Origin: Podarcis filfolensis
Taxonomy: Eukaryota
Reading direction: 5' to 3' (one strand)
Length of the DNA stretch: 64,000 nt
NCBI GenBank assembly: GCA_964270895.1
Contig: OZ185436.1
Below, one piece after another: positions 24,701-36,700 of this stretch. The notes under the pieces are model-generated. The model made no database searches. It was not told where the DNA came from and saw nothing but the letters and a program-made list of their open reading frames with translations. A program made the translations under genes and the position numbers. Within the stretch, counting starts at the first letter, position 1; every line of letters starts with the position of its first letter.

Positions 24701-27700
24701 TTTCTACAATGAGGAGAACAGAGGAGGGACTGGGAGAAAGTATTTGCAGCCTTCTGGTCTTTGACTTCAAATATTTTTTCCCCTTTGCACATGTAGACAT
24801 ACCTATTTTTAAAAAACTTTCCCTTATTCCTGTTCTAACTGCTTGTCTGCTCCCACTCTTTTCCATTACTTCCTACTCCTGTTTTTGCCTTGTTTGCCAT
24901 GCTGTTTCCTATTCTAGAACAGCCATCCCCATTTTCTGTTGAGCCCCTTTCCCCCTTCTACTAGTTCACTGTCTCTTTTTGCTTCATTTAAACTCTCCGA
25001 TTTGAATAAGACCCTTCAGCAGGGACCATGTCACTAGTATGATATCTAATGGTTTTTCTCCTCAATAGTTATTTTTTAAAAAACAGCAACACAAGAGCTT
25101 TGCTGCATCAAGCAAAAATCCCATCTACCCTAGCATCCTGTTCTTGCAGTAGACAACCAGATGCCTGCAAGCAGAATATGAGGGCAACATGTTGACATGA
25201 GCATTTCCATATCCTTGCATGCTATTTTGCCTCACTTCTTAAGATGGTCTGCAATTGTTGATTTTGTTTCTTCCCCTTCGTCTAGGGTCACGCAGCCCCA
25301 ATCTTGTATGCTGCCTGGGCTGAAGCAGGCTTCCTCCATGAATCAGAGTTATTAAACCTGAGGAAAATTGATTCCATTTTGGAAGGCCACCCTGTGCCAG
25401 TGAGTATTTCGGGAAAACACAGGGAGATTGCCTTAGGAATCAAAAAGTTTGTGCACCTTTTACACTACTGTCGACACCTGGTTCATAGTGATAGTTTAGC
25501 AATGGTTTAGGTAACAGAAATAAATCCATGGGTTGACAACAAATGAAGTATAGTTAAAGGTGTCCCGTACCCCCAGAAAGCAACCAAAGAAGATTACTTT
25601 TACATTTTAGAAGAGCACTCAATGCCTTTACTTTCATGCATGTCAATATTAGCTATGGTATTAAAACAGGCTCCTGCCAACCTAGCAGTTCAAAAGCAGA
25701 AAGTGCAAGTAGATAAATAGGTGCCGCTCTGGCGGAAAGGTAAACGGCGTTTCCGTGCGTTGCTCTGGTTCTCCAGAAGCGGCTTAGTCATGCTGGCCAC
25801 ATGTTGTATGCCGGCTCCCTCGGCCAGTAAAGTGAGATGAGTGCCGCAACCCCAGAGTCATCTGCAACTGGACCTAATGGTCAGGGGTCCCTTTACTTTT
25901 ACCTTTATTAAAGCAGGCTACTTTTTATGATGCTCTGACACATCTCTCATACCTCTGAGAAAGGATGGATGCTTCATCACAAATCCCCTCCACACACTGC
26001 CACTGCCTGCCCTAGATACAGAAGCCCATGGAAGTAGCTGTAGAGTTTGATCTCTCACCCTCTGCTCTTGAACGTGGTAGAGGGGCAGATCCATGGACAG
26101 TTGCCTAGTCTCAGTCTGCTTTGTCTCTGGACTGATGTTAAGAGGGAGCGTCGCCAGGCACAGGTTCACCTAGTGAGCAGCTGTTTTTGAAATGTACAGT
26201 TGATCAAGATAATTAGTTCAGCATGCTTTCTTCGTTTGTTAGAATCTATTTAACATGACCATTGCAACAGCTGCCAGCTAAGAGCAGAAAACGGGGCTTT
26301 AAATGTTTGGGGCAGGTGCAGCTTTTGCATCTCAGACCTTCAGAGATGTGCAGTATAGGTTATGACTGCAGAGTAATACTTAACTCCTGACACACCTGTA
26401 TTGCATTAATTTACTCATGTAGGGTTGCATCCGGTGCTGCTGAACTGCTCGCACAACATACTACCTCTTGCACATGGGAATGTCTGCTTCCTCTTCCCCG
26501 CAACCCCTTGTGCACCCTTAAAATCTGATCCAGAGCAGATTTTGGGTCACACAAAAGACATAGGGGTAGTAGTCTTGTTGCATGAATGGAACTCCAATTG
26601 TATTGGATGCAGCCCTTAGGCTCTTCTCGTGACTTCCTGAAGTGCTCAGAGGGAGTGCTTGATCTGGCAGCTAAGGCTGATTAAGGGCCAGATTTCAAGG
26701 GCAGGGTGGGGTTGGGTAGGGTAGGGTACTTAGATAATATAGATGGCTAAAAAGATGAGTATTGATGGTGAAAAGGTGAGTTTTACAAATTAGTCTTCAG
26801 AGAGTTAGGCTGGTATCTTTCCCTGCCTCACTAGATGTACCTGTGGGAACTTTGGGTCAGGGTTGAACATGCAGCCTGATCTGTGAATGCTTACTTGGAA
26901 GTAACCCCAACTGGGCTCACTGCTGGTGTGCCTAGGATTGAAAGCTTAGGGTTTATGAAGTAGATATTCTTTTGATTACATGCTATTGCTTCTTTTTAGA
27001 AACAAGCATTCACTGATGTAGCTACTGGATCACTCGGTCAAGGATTGGGTGCTGCATGCGGTATGGCCTATACCGGGAAGTACTTTGACAAAGCCAGGTA
27101 TCTTGAAAATATTTCACCCTCTTTGCTTTCATGGAGGTATATGGATGGATAAGGAAATGAAGCAAAACTGTCCTTGATGCTGTTACACAATCAAGTTTCC
27201 AGTCTCAAGTTTGAGAATGCAGACCCTGCTAAATTAACAAGATTCATCTGTTGTTAAATTGGGCACAGAGCAAAGAAATGCCAAATCTGGTCCACAACCT
27301 TTTGAATTGCAATTATAGCTTGTTTGGTGCCCATGTACGTATGAGAGAAAGAGCGAGAATCTCCGTACCTCTGCAGAAATAATGCTAGTGACAATGGAAT
27401 AGAAAGGTGACTTTATATGAAAGCAGTATTTAGCTTGAGTGAAAGTGAATTTTGTTCAAAGATTGTTATGGCAACACAGCGTTGTCCAACAAAGGTGTTA
27501 GAAGATATTATGCAGAAGAACCCTGTTGTGCAACTCGTAGTGAGTTCAAGGGCAATAGTCCTGTTAGAACTGGTATGAAAATCTTCATGTGGTGTTAAAG
27601 AAAAGTAGATATCCAAAGGCATTTGTCTGTGTGTGTTGGGGAAGTTGATGTATTTTATGTGACAGTATTAGAGCATGAAAATCTGGGTTGCTGAGTAAAT

Positions 27701-30700
27701 GCAATTTTACATTGCACACTTCACTTGCTTGAAAGCATTTCTGTGTACACTGATGTGCTGATCTTAATGCAGCCTGGCAGGTGGTATTCATAGAAAGACT
27801 TTATCTCTGCCTACGGTTGGTGCTCACTGGCTCTTTGCACGTCATGCTGGGGAATAGCCAGGGTTTTGTAAAATCGTAATTTAGCTAGGTGACTAATAAA
27901 GTTTGCAGATACGTGCTCTAACACAAATGATATTTACTGTAGATGATAGCATGAACTGCTCTCATCAGTATTTATTCCTGTCTTGCTGTATTATTGCCAG
28001 CTTGCTATATTCACACACCCCACCTCACCTCTCACACAAATACATTTAATTTGCACACTGATGTTTCGGCAAATAGACAAATCAGCCCAGAAATTATACA
28101 GTCATCTATAAAGTATTTGAGGAAGTAGGAAATGCAGAAAAGCTAAACTGGGGGGGGACGGGACGGGACGGGACGGACCCTGTCACTTGGAGTTGAGTTT
28201 GATTCACAAAATCTTAAGGCCGAGAGAGGGATGTTACATCCATTTAGGATTGTCAACTTTGTTCCATCAGCCTCCTGGGCTTTTTAACAGCTGCATATTA
28301 GGTTTAAATGCTGCTGCCAGTGCTTTCCCCAACATGAGATACTGGGATGGGTCGCAAATCACCCATTAAATGTCAACCTGTCTGCCAGAAAAAAATGGCA
28401 TCAAATTGCGCAATGCAGCAGTTACTTCACAGTGGCTCTTTCTATCCCTTGCTGGTCCCTACCAGGATGCATCACAATCCATATTGGCCTTTGCTCATTT
28501 GAAAAAATCATGAAGTAGAACTGTCACCTGATTAAAGAAATGCTAGTTAGTTGATCATATGGTTTTTAGTTGACTATGTAAATTTGCATCAGAATAAACA
28601 ACAATGCAAGCATACTCTTGAATTCCTGCACATGTTGCAGTAGGCGCCATCTTACTAGAGACTTTTCATCCTCTGTAAGAGAGAGGGGACAGGGGATGCC
28701 TCTTCAAAGACAACACCTGCCCTCTGCAGCTTTTTCTAAGAACGTTTTTAAAATCCGTTCTTTTGCTGTGCTTTTTAAAACTCACAGACCTTGTAAATAA
28801 GCCCATAGAAGTTAATAGCCTGCAGAAATGTTTACAAGCTTACTGGCGGCTAGCAAAGGATGGATGGAGAGCTCTGTTCCTTTTGCAACAAGCTGTGGCA
28901 TTTGTGTGCTGGAAGCAAATGGGAAAGGGTTTCCATCCTCCGGCAGCTCCCTTAGTCTCTCTGCTGGTTGCTCAGCAGGGACAGACTCGTCTATCCCTCT
29001 GTTAACACCACTCACTTGCCTGCTGAGAATAGCATCATGCACTTCCTAATCACTTGTGACTACCAGGCTAGTGCTTAAATGCAAGGCTGAGTCTTGAGCA
29101 CCTTTTTAATAAATCAAAAGATTTCTAATCTATATTAATATAATCAGCTGTACCAAGAAGGAACATTGCTGTGCAAGACTGTCACTCCCAGTGCTTTTAC
29201 TTGTGGCAGATGCTAATGACACGAAAGAAGTGGGGGTAAACCCAGTATAATGGAAGTGGGGCTGAACCGTTTATTTAACTGCAGTAGGCCACAACTGAGG
29301 GCCAAATTAAACATGACTCTAAATGCATTTGGAAGTTGCATTTGTATGTTTGGTTGTTGTTTTTTTTACAGCTAATAGCGATATGTGGGTGGGAAATTCT
29401 ATCTTCTGCTTAATATGCCTCATGCTGTCACTTCAACCCAGAAAGGGAGTTTCCATTGGTGCTGGTTGGAGCTATGAACTATAAAACAAGCAAACAAAAC
29501 TTCAAGCATTTTAGTGTCCCAACTTGTTTTCCCTTGAGGTATAGCAGTTCTTACAGGTTAAGCATTTAGACTCAAATATACATATTGAATAATGTGCAAA
29601 TCCTTGCCTCTGGCCGGATAGATTATAAGCAGCACTTGTTAAGTAATAGCTGAGCTTTCCCAAGGATTTTGCTGAGTCACAGTGATGGTGTGTTTAGCAG
29701 GCACACATTCATTCCAGCTTTACAGTAAGAGTCACTGTTAGAGCACCTTTCCCCCCTCAAGGTTACATTCTCGTTCTTACAATAATTGGCACTAATGACT
29801 CACAGCTTCCCTCTGGTTACTCATTTTGATTACCTTTAGGTGAGGCTTTGACTTAGGCGGAAAAACCAAAAGTAGAGAATAATGTGTGTTTCAGATTATT
29901 CTTGCTGCTCATTACAAGCTTCTTAAATACTTTCTAGGGCACACGGGCACACATTATTAGGCCTCTTAACAACCGCAGCAGCCTACAGGAACAAAGGAAG
30001 TTAGTTCAGTGAACTACACCAGGAGGGCTTGAATTTTGGTCTTAAAAACCTGCATTAAGGAGCTGAATAATGCTTGTCTGCAGCCCTGTTTCTCATGGTG
30101 TGCGACTATGAACAAAAGCTGTCCTCTCAGGGCACGTTTATGTTAGAATCCTAAAACCAATATTAACCTGTAGTGCTTAAGGTTCCAGTAATGTCAGACA
30201 TAGCTTCCAAATGACTGTAATTTTGCATGGGTGCTGATAAAACTATTACAGAGCCCTGTTGTCATCAGGGCACAATCCTGCTGCATCAGAGCAAAGACCT
30301 ATCTAGTCTAGCCGGTTAGATGCCCCATGGCAGCCCACAAGCAGAATATGAAGACATTTCCCACTATTGTTTCCAGCAACCGTGTTTTAGTGGCGTCCTG
30401 TCTAAATCTGGAGGTAGCATATAGCCATCATAACTAGTGGCAGCTAATAGCCTTTTATAGTCTATGAATTTGTCTAATCTGCTTTTAAAGCCATCTAGGC
30501 TAGTGGCTGCTACCATATCCTGCAGCAGCTCATTCCATAGGCGCATTCCATAAGGGGGAGGGCTTTCTAATAAGATCAATACTTTCCACGATTCTTGGGG
30601 AGGAGGAGAAGCCATGACATTTAAGGCAGGCTTATGTCTGTAGTGCAAGCCTGATCGTAGAACAGGACATCGGAGAGCATCCACAAGCCTTGTGTGACCT

Positions 30701-33700
30701 GTCAAACCAAATCCCCAAATGCAGGCATAAATCTTGTGTCCATACCCCTGCGGATGGCAGCCATAAGAAATATGGCATAGCTAGCATAAAGCTTTTATTT
30801 GCACATGTGTAAGCTTTCTGTGATTACTTTGACACAGCCCTAAAAAATTGTGTTCTCTTCCTCCTGTCTTCAAAACTGACTCGTTATTTTAAATTTGATT
30901 TTAAAATTATGTTTAATTTTCCAGAACACATTTGCTGGATTGCTGGTAGAAACAGAAAGCTGGACTAGATGAGCCTTTGTCTGATTCACCTTTTAGGCTC
31001 GTAAACTTTATTTTATGTCGCATCCGGTACTATAAATCACTTAAGCTTTTTCAGTATAAATGAGTCACAAACCAACACAAACAAGACATTTGGATCGACC
31101 CATCTAATGAGGATTGTATACTTTCTCTCTGATTAAAGGAATAAATCAAAATAAACTGGTCACCAGAACAGAAATAACCCAAGACATCTTAATGCCTTTA
31201 GTATCATACACCCAGAGAGCATGCTTTGGAAACATTATAGCAACTGTTCGCAAACTTGGGTCCCTGGATGTTGTTGGACTACAACTCCCATCATTCCTAT
31301 CTACCAGGACCAGTGGTCAGGGATGATGGAAGCTGTGGTCCAACAACATCTGGGGACCCAAGTTTGAGAAGGCTGTGTAACAGTATGGCAAGCGCACTCA
31401 TTCTGGTTGTAGCAAAGTCAGTGGTGGGAAACTTAAGACCTTTCAGATGTTGCTGGACTAGAAACGTCTGTTCAGCATGGCCATTGCTCAGAGATAGTGG
31501 GCACTGTAGTCTAAGGGCATACGGGCAGCCACAAGTTTCCTGCCCCTGTCCTAATGGTGAAACCGAACGTAACGGCAGCAGGTCTGTGTTGAAATCCAGT
31601 TCTTCCCCAGCCACACAGGAAGCTGGGGATGGTGGCAGGGTCTGAATAAAAGGAAGTGATATACCGGACTTTCCATGGCTGTCACTTGAAGTTTTTTTGA
31701 TACCAAAAGTCTGTCAGGCTAGGAAGCATGTGCCTGGCATGATGGGCTTTAGAGATGTAAGTCACGGAGGTGTCCTGTGCCCCTGCCTGCCTTTTGCTCC
31801 TAAGATCCAAACCTATTTTCTCCAGATACACAGATATGCTGCTGTAACACCTAACTAGGTTATGTAATAATGATGCAACAAAAAATGGAAAAAAGAAAGG
31901 AAAGTATTCAAAAGCAAAATTCCTCAGAGGGCTGAAGCATGTTATAGGCTTTGAAGAAGAGCCAACAAAATCTATGTAGAAAGAGTGTCATTTAAAGGCA
32001 AAATGTTTCATTGGGGCTACCATTGTATTGTCCATACTGTGTAGGCTTATCTGAAAAAGTGTTTTTCCTCCTTTGTCAACTTACGATACTGAATATTTAG
32101 TCCCTGCTTTTTGTTGTTCAATACGCAGCTACCGTGTTTATTGTGTCCTCGGTGATGGAGAATTGTCTGAAGGTTCAGTTTGGGAGGCAATGGCCTTTGC
32201 TGGGTTCTACAAGCTGGATAATTTGGTTGCTATTCTTGACATTAACCGACTTGGACAAAGTGACCCTGCGCCTCTGCAGCATCATGTTGAAATCTACCAA
32301 AAACGTTGTGAAGCCTTTGGGTATGTATGTATGTATGTATGTATGTATGTACAGTGGTGCCTCGCAAGACGAAATTAATTCGTTCCGCAAGTTTTTTCTT
32401 CTTGCGAGTTTTTCGTCTTGCGAAGCACGGTTTCCCATAGGAATGCATTGAAAATCAATTAATGCGTTCCTATGGAGACCGCCTTCAGACCAGGTCCGGG
32501 GACAGTCTGTCCCCGGACCTCTTCTGAAGGCTGGCGGGGGGAGAAGGACTTTTCTCCCCACCGCCAGCCTTCAGAACAGCCTTCTGAAGGCTGGCGGTGG
32601 GAAGAAATGCCCTTCTCCCGCCGCCAGCCTTCAGAAGAGTTCCCCCAGGGCTGCCTAGGCTGCGGATAGCAGCCTGCAGCCCCGCGCGAGGGGCGCTCTG
32701 CTTCAGAGTGCCCCTCGTGCGGGGCAGACATTCGCAGCTTGGGCAGCCCTGCAGGACTTCCCCGCAGGGCTCTCCAAGCTGTGGATAGCAGCCTGCTGCC
32801 CCACACGAGGGGCGCTCTGCTTCAGAGCACCCCTCGCGCGGGGCAGACATTCGCAGCTTGGGCAGCCCTGGGGGAACTCTTCTGAAGGCTGGCGGCGGGA
32901 GAAGGGCTTTTCTTCCCACCGCCAGCCTTCAGAACAGCCTTCTGAATGTTGGCGGTGGGGAGGAAAACCGTCCTCCCACCGCAAGTCTTCAAGACAGGTC
33001 GGGAACAGAGGAGAAGCGCTGCGCACCTTCCCCTCTGTTCCCGGACCTGTCCTGAAGGCTTGCGGTAGGAGGAGGGCTTTCCTCCCCACCACCAACATTC
33101 AGAATGCTGTTCTGAATGTTGGCGGTGGGGAGGAAAAACCCTCCTCCCACCGCAAGCCTCGGGAACAGAGGAGAAGCGCTGCGCGCCTTCTCCTCTGTTC
33201 CCGGACCTCCCACCGCAAGCCTTCAGGACAGGTCCGGGAACAGAGGAGAAGGCGCGCTGCGCTTCCCCGCTGTCCCCGGAGATTTCCCTGTGGGCTTTCG
33301 TCTTGCGAAGCAAGCCCATAGGGAAATTCGTCTTGCGAAGCCGCTAAAAAATCGGAAAACCCTTTCATCTTGCGGGTTTTTCGTTTAGCGAGGCATTCGT
33401 CTTGCGGGGCACCACTGTATTTGAGAAATATATGATGTCTTCAACTTCGGTTGCTCTGTGCTCTTTTCAATTTGTGGATTGGGTTCGGAGTATCATTAAA
33501 TGCAGAATCAAAATCTCTATGGGCAGCAGTCTTCCCACAGGGCTCTCCCGCTGAAGGAAGAGGCCATTTCCCCCCAATTCCTCCCCTAAAATTCCTGTGC
33601 TCTCTGAAAAGCTGCTCCAGAGTGTCAGGATACAGAGCCCATGGGGCTACACGGAGAAGACAGATTTGGTGAAAATCACCTTGCCTTCTTCATGCACTGG

Positions 33701-36700
33701 GAGCCTCTACTGAATCTCAATCCCTTCCACAAACAGAGAAGTCTGCATCCAACTTGGAGCCATGATAGTCAATATAAAGGGATCATAAATACAGTAAAAT
33801 AAAGGCCAATACAGGTCGTTAAATTTTGTCCAGGAGTCAGTCTGTTCTTTCATTTGAAGAGCACAAAATGGCAAGGAAGCTTTTTTAAAATTTGTCTAGC
33901 CATTGACAGTCATGCTTTCATAGCGTTTATTTCTGGCTCTGTTGAAATTTGTCACATTTGAGGAAACTGGCTATTTCCTCACTCCTTAAAACGCTTAAAG
34001 GCCCCATTGAACTATTTGAGTCTTTAGGTCTCATAGGTGTTGTCTCTATTTCAGAAAGGATTTATTGTTATAGATTCTTGTGTCCTTAACAAGTATTCTA
34101 GACCTTGCTTTAGTTTATAGTTATTTTAATAAAGTGGTTAAACAGGTTGAAGGCAGCTTTGAGCCCACAAAGAGAATGCAATAGTAAGTGGAAAAAGTAA
34201 AAACTTATTATTCAGAGAGATAATTCTTGGTTTTTGCAAAGGTCCTTTATGCTTATGAATACTTGGAAGATATTTATCTTTTAGTCCATGATACATTCTT
34301 GCCTAATATTCTTAGCTACTGGTTCCTTTATTATTCATTTATAAAGGTTAGGCTGAATATGCTAGGACTAAAATTTGCTACTGTTCAGCGTGCCATAAGT
34401 CAGAGACGAAGACGAATAAGCTAAGGCTACAAGCCCAAGTGCAACATTTTCTGATTCTGACATGTCGCTGGGATCCAGAGAACTGTGCTCATTCCTAAGC
34501 ATCCAGGAGAGCTTGGTCTTAATTTCTTTCAAACTGCAGCTCCCCAGCCCACATGGTAAACTACTAAGGAGTTTGATACTGAAGAGGCATTATAAAGCGA
34601 ACTGTGATACAGCTTGGGCTTGGCTGTTCAAAAAACAAAGCAAAACATCTCATTGGGCGTGCCAAGCCCTTTGGTGCACTTAAGCTATTCTTTGGATCTT
34701 AGCTGCATCTTGCAACAAAAATTGCCTTAGTATAGTTTATTAATAATATATAACTATATGTACCAGTTCAGTGCTTGCTTTTGCTTATTCGGCACAGAGC
34801 TCTTATAAAAAGCTTTGCCTCTGCAAATCCTTTTAAAAGCTAATCTGTTTGTTTGCATTCCTAGCTGGCATGCTATCGTCGTCGATGGGCACAGTGTGGA
34901 GGAACTGTGCAAAGCCTTTGGCCAGGCCAAACATCAGCCAACTGCAATTATTGCCAAGACTTATAAAGGCAAAGGAATAACAGGTGATGCCAGGCGGCAG
35001 ACTTTTCAGCTGAGCAGCAGCTACCGCTATGATTTGCTTGTTAATAGTATTTCTAGCCACTTTTTTTTATTAAGGATAAGGATGATGATAAGGAATGACA
35101 TAGTGCTTTCATAACACTTATATTGTCATGTAATCCTTACAGCAACCACCCTGCATTAACATTAACACTGTTTTGCTGAAAGGGGTCTGAGACTGAAAGA
35201 GTGGTTTGCCTATGGCCACCTAGTAAGTTCAAGGCAGATGTGAGATTCAAAAGCAGGAGTTTCCTGACTACAAGTTCAGTCTTTTCACCACTATGCTACA
35301 CCAACTATCACATTTATTTCTCATACACACACACACACACACACACTCATATATACGAATGAGAGAGAAATAAATGTGATAGTTGGTATAGCATAGTGGT
35401 GAAAAGACTGAGCTACAAGTCAATATATATACTGCTTGATTTCAGAAAACCTCAGATTATATAACAGTGTCATTAATGATCTCATTAGAAAATGTTTATG
35501 CCACATCACTAAGTGTGAAAGGCTTGATTTCCCCGAGTAAGACTTCAGTATGAACCAGTTATTTGAAATCAGTTCCTCACTCAAGCCGAAACGCCTGCTA
35601 AACATTTCTGCATTTGCCGGTGACTAAAATGGCAAGATGGCTGACACCTTATTACAGAGTGGCATGTCGCCTTCCAGACATTGCAGGAGTACAGCTCCCT
35701 CTATCCCTGAGTGTTGGTCAGTGGCATAGCTAACTGCTTGAGCGCCCGGGGCAGCGCAAATGCCCTGCGCTCAGGGATGCTGCAAGCCGCTGCTGCGTGG
35801 AACCTCCACAGAATCCGCAAGCCCCACATTGCTGTTTCGGGCAGCGCGGAGTCTGCAGGTGTCCAAGCCACCACATCACTCCCCATGAGAGATGTGTGGC
35901 TCGGGCGTGCTGCAGGTCAGGCCCCGCGATCATCCCCCCTCAGTGATGAAACCTGGGGTGGCCCGCATTCACCGCACCCCCTTCCTACATCACCGGCATT
36001 GGTCATGTTGGCTGGGGTTAAAGGACACCATGTTGTCTATCCCTGCCTATAAGGTGACACAGTATGTGCCATAGTGGGAAACACTAGATCTGAACTCTAA
36101 GCCTTTTCTTTTCACACCAAGCTTCAGCTGTAAATTATTCCGTATATAATCATAACCCTTTGCTATATCTGATATTTAGCCAGATTTATATACACCACGA
36201 AATCAAAAGCAAATCAAAACACTAAACAAACCTGATTAGCATACCTCAGGACTTGAATAATAGTCTTCCACACAAATTACATAAAATGTGATCAATCTGG
36301 GATATTAAGCAGAAATATTTTTAAAAGCCCTGTTCTTAAGGGAGCATAACTCATTGATTATTGTAAAGGAAAAGCTTTTTGTGCAGTAAACATGCTACAA
36401 AAGTGTCAAGCATGGTGCTGAGATGTAAAGCTAAATAAAATAGAAGTTTAGGCTCAATTCAAGGGGGATGAGGGAAGAAGAGTGGGCTAGCGTAAAGGAG
36501 AATGCCTGTATATGTACTTCCATATTCCTGAGAATGGTTATGGTCCAAAAATTAAGCCATCAGGAAAAGTGGAGTGTGCAGTATTCAAACCATAAATCAA
36601 GAGAATCACATGGACATTTTTTTAAAAATTCAGTAGTTGTTAAATATGAATGAGATGCTCACTCATAGCATATATTTATATCAAATGAAGTTTGAGTTAG

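Noticed and set aside
27098-27106. Intron 4 donor gtatcttga resembling a U12-type 5' splice site
   Set aside because: It lacks the CCTT core, and no TCCTTAAC-like branch site precedes the exon 5 acceptor.
32175-33388. Stack of overlapping ORFs up to 165 aa
   Set aside because: They arise from the GC-rich repeated modules of the Tigger element; no transposase motifs.
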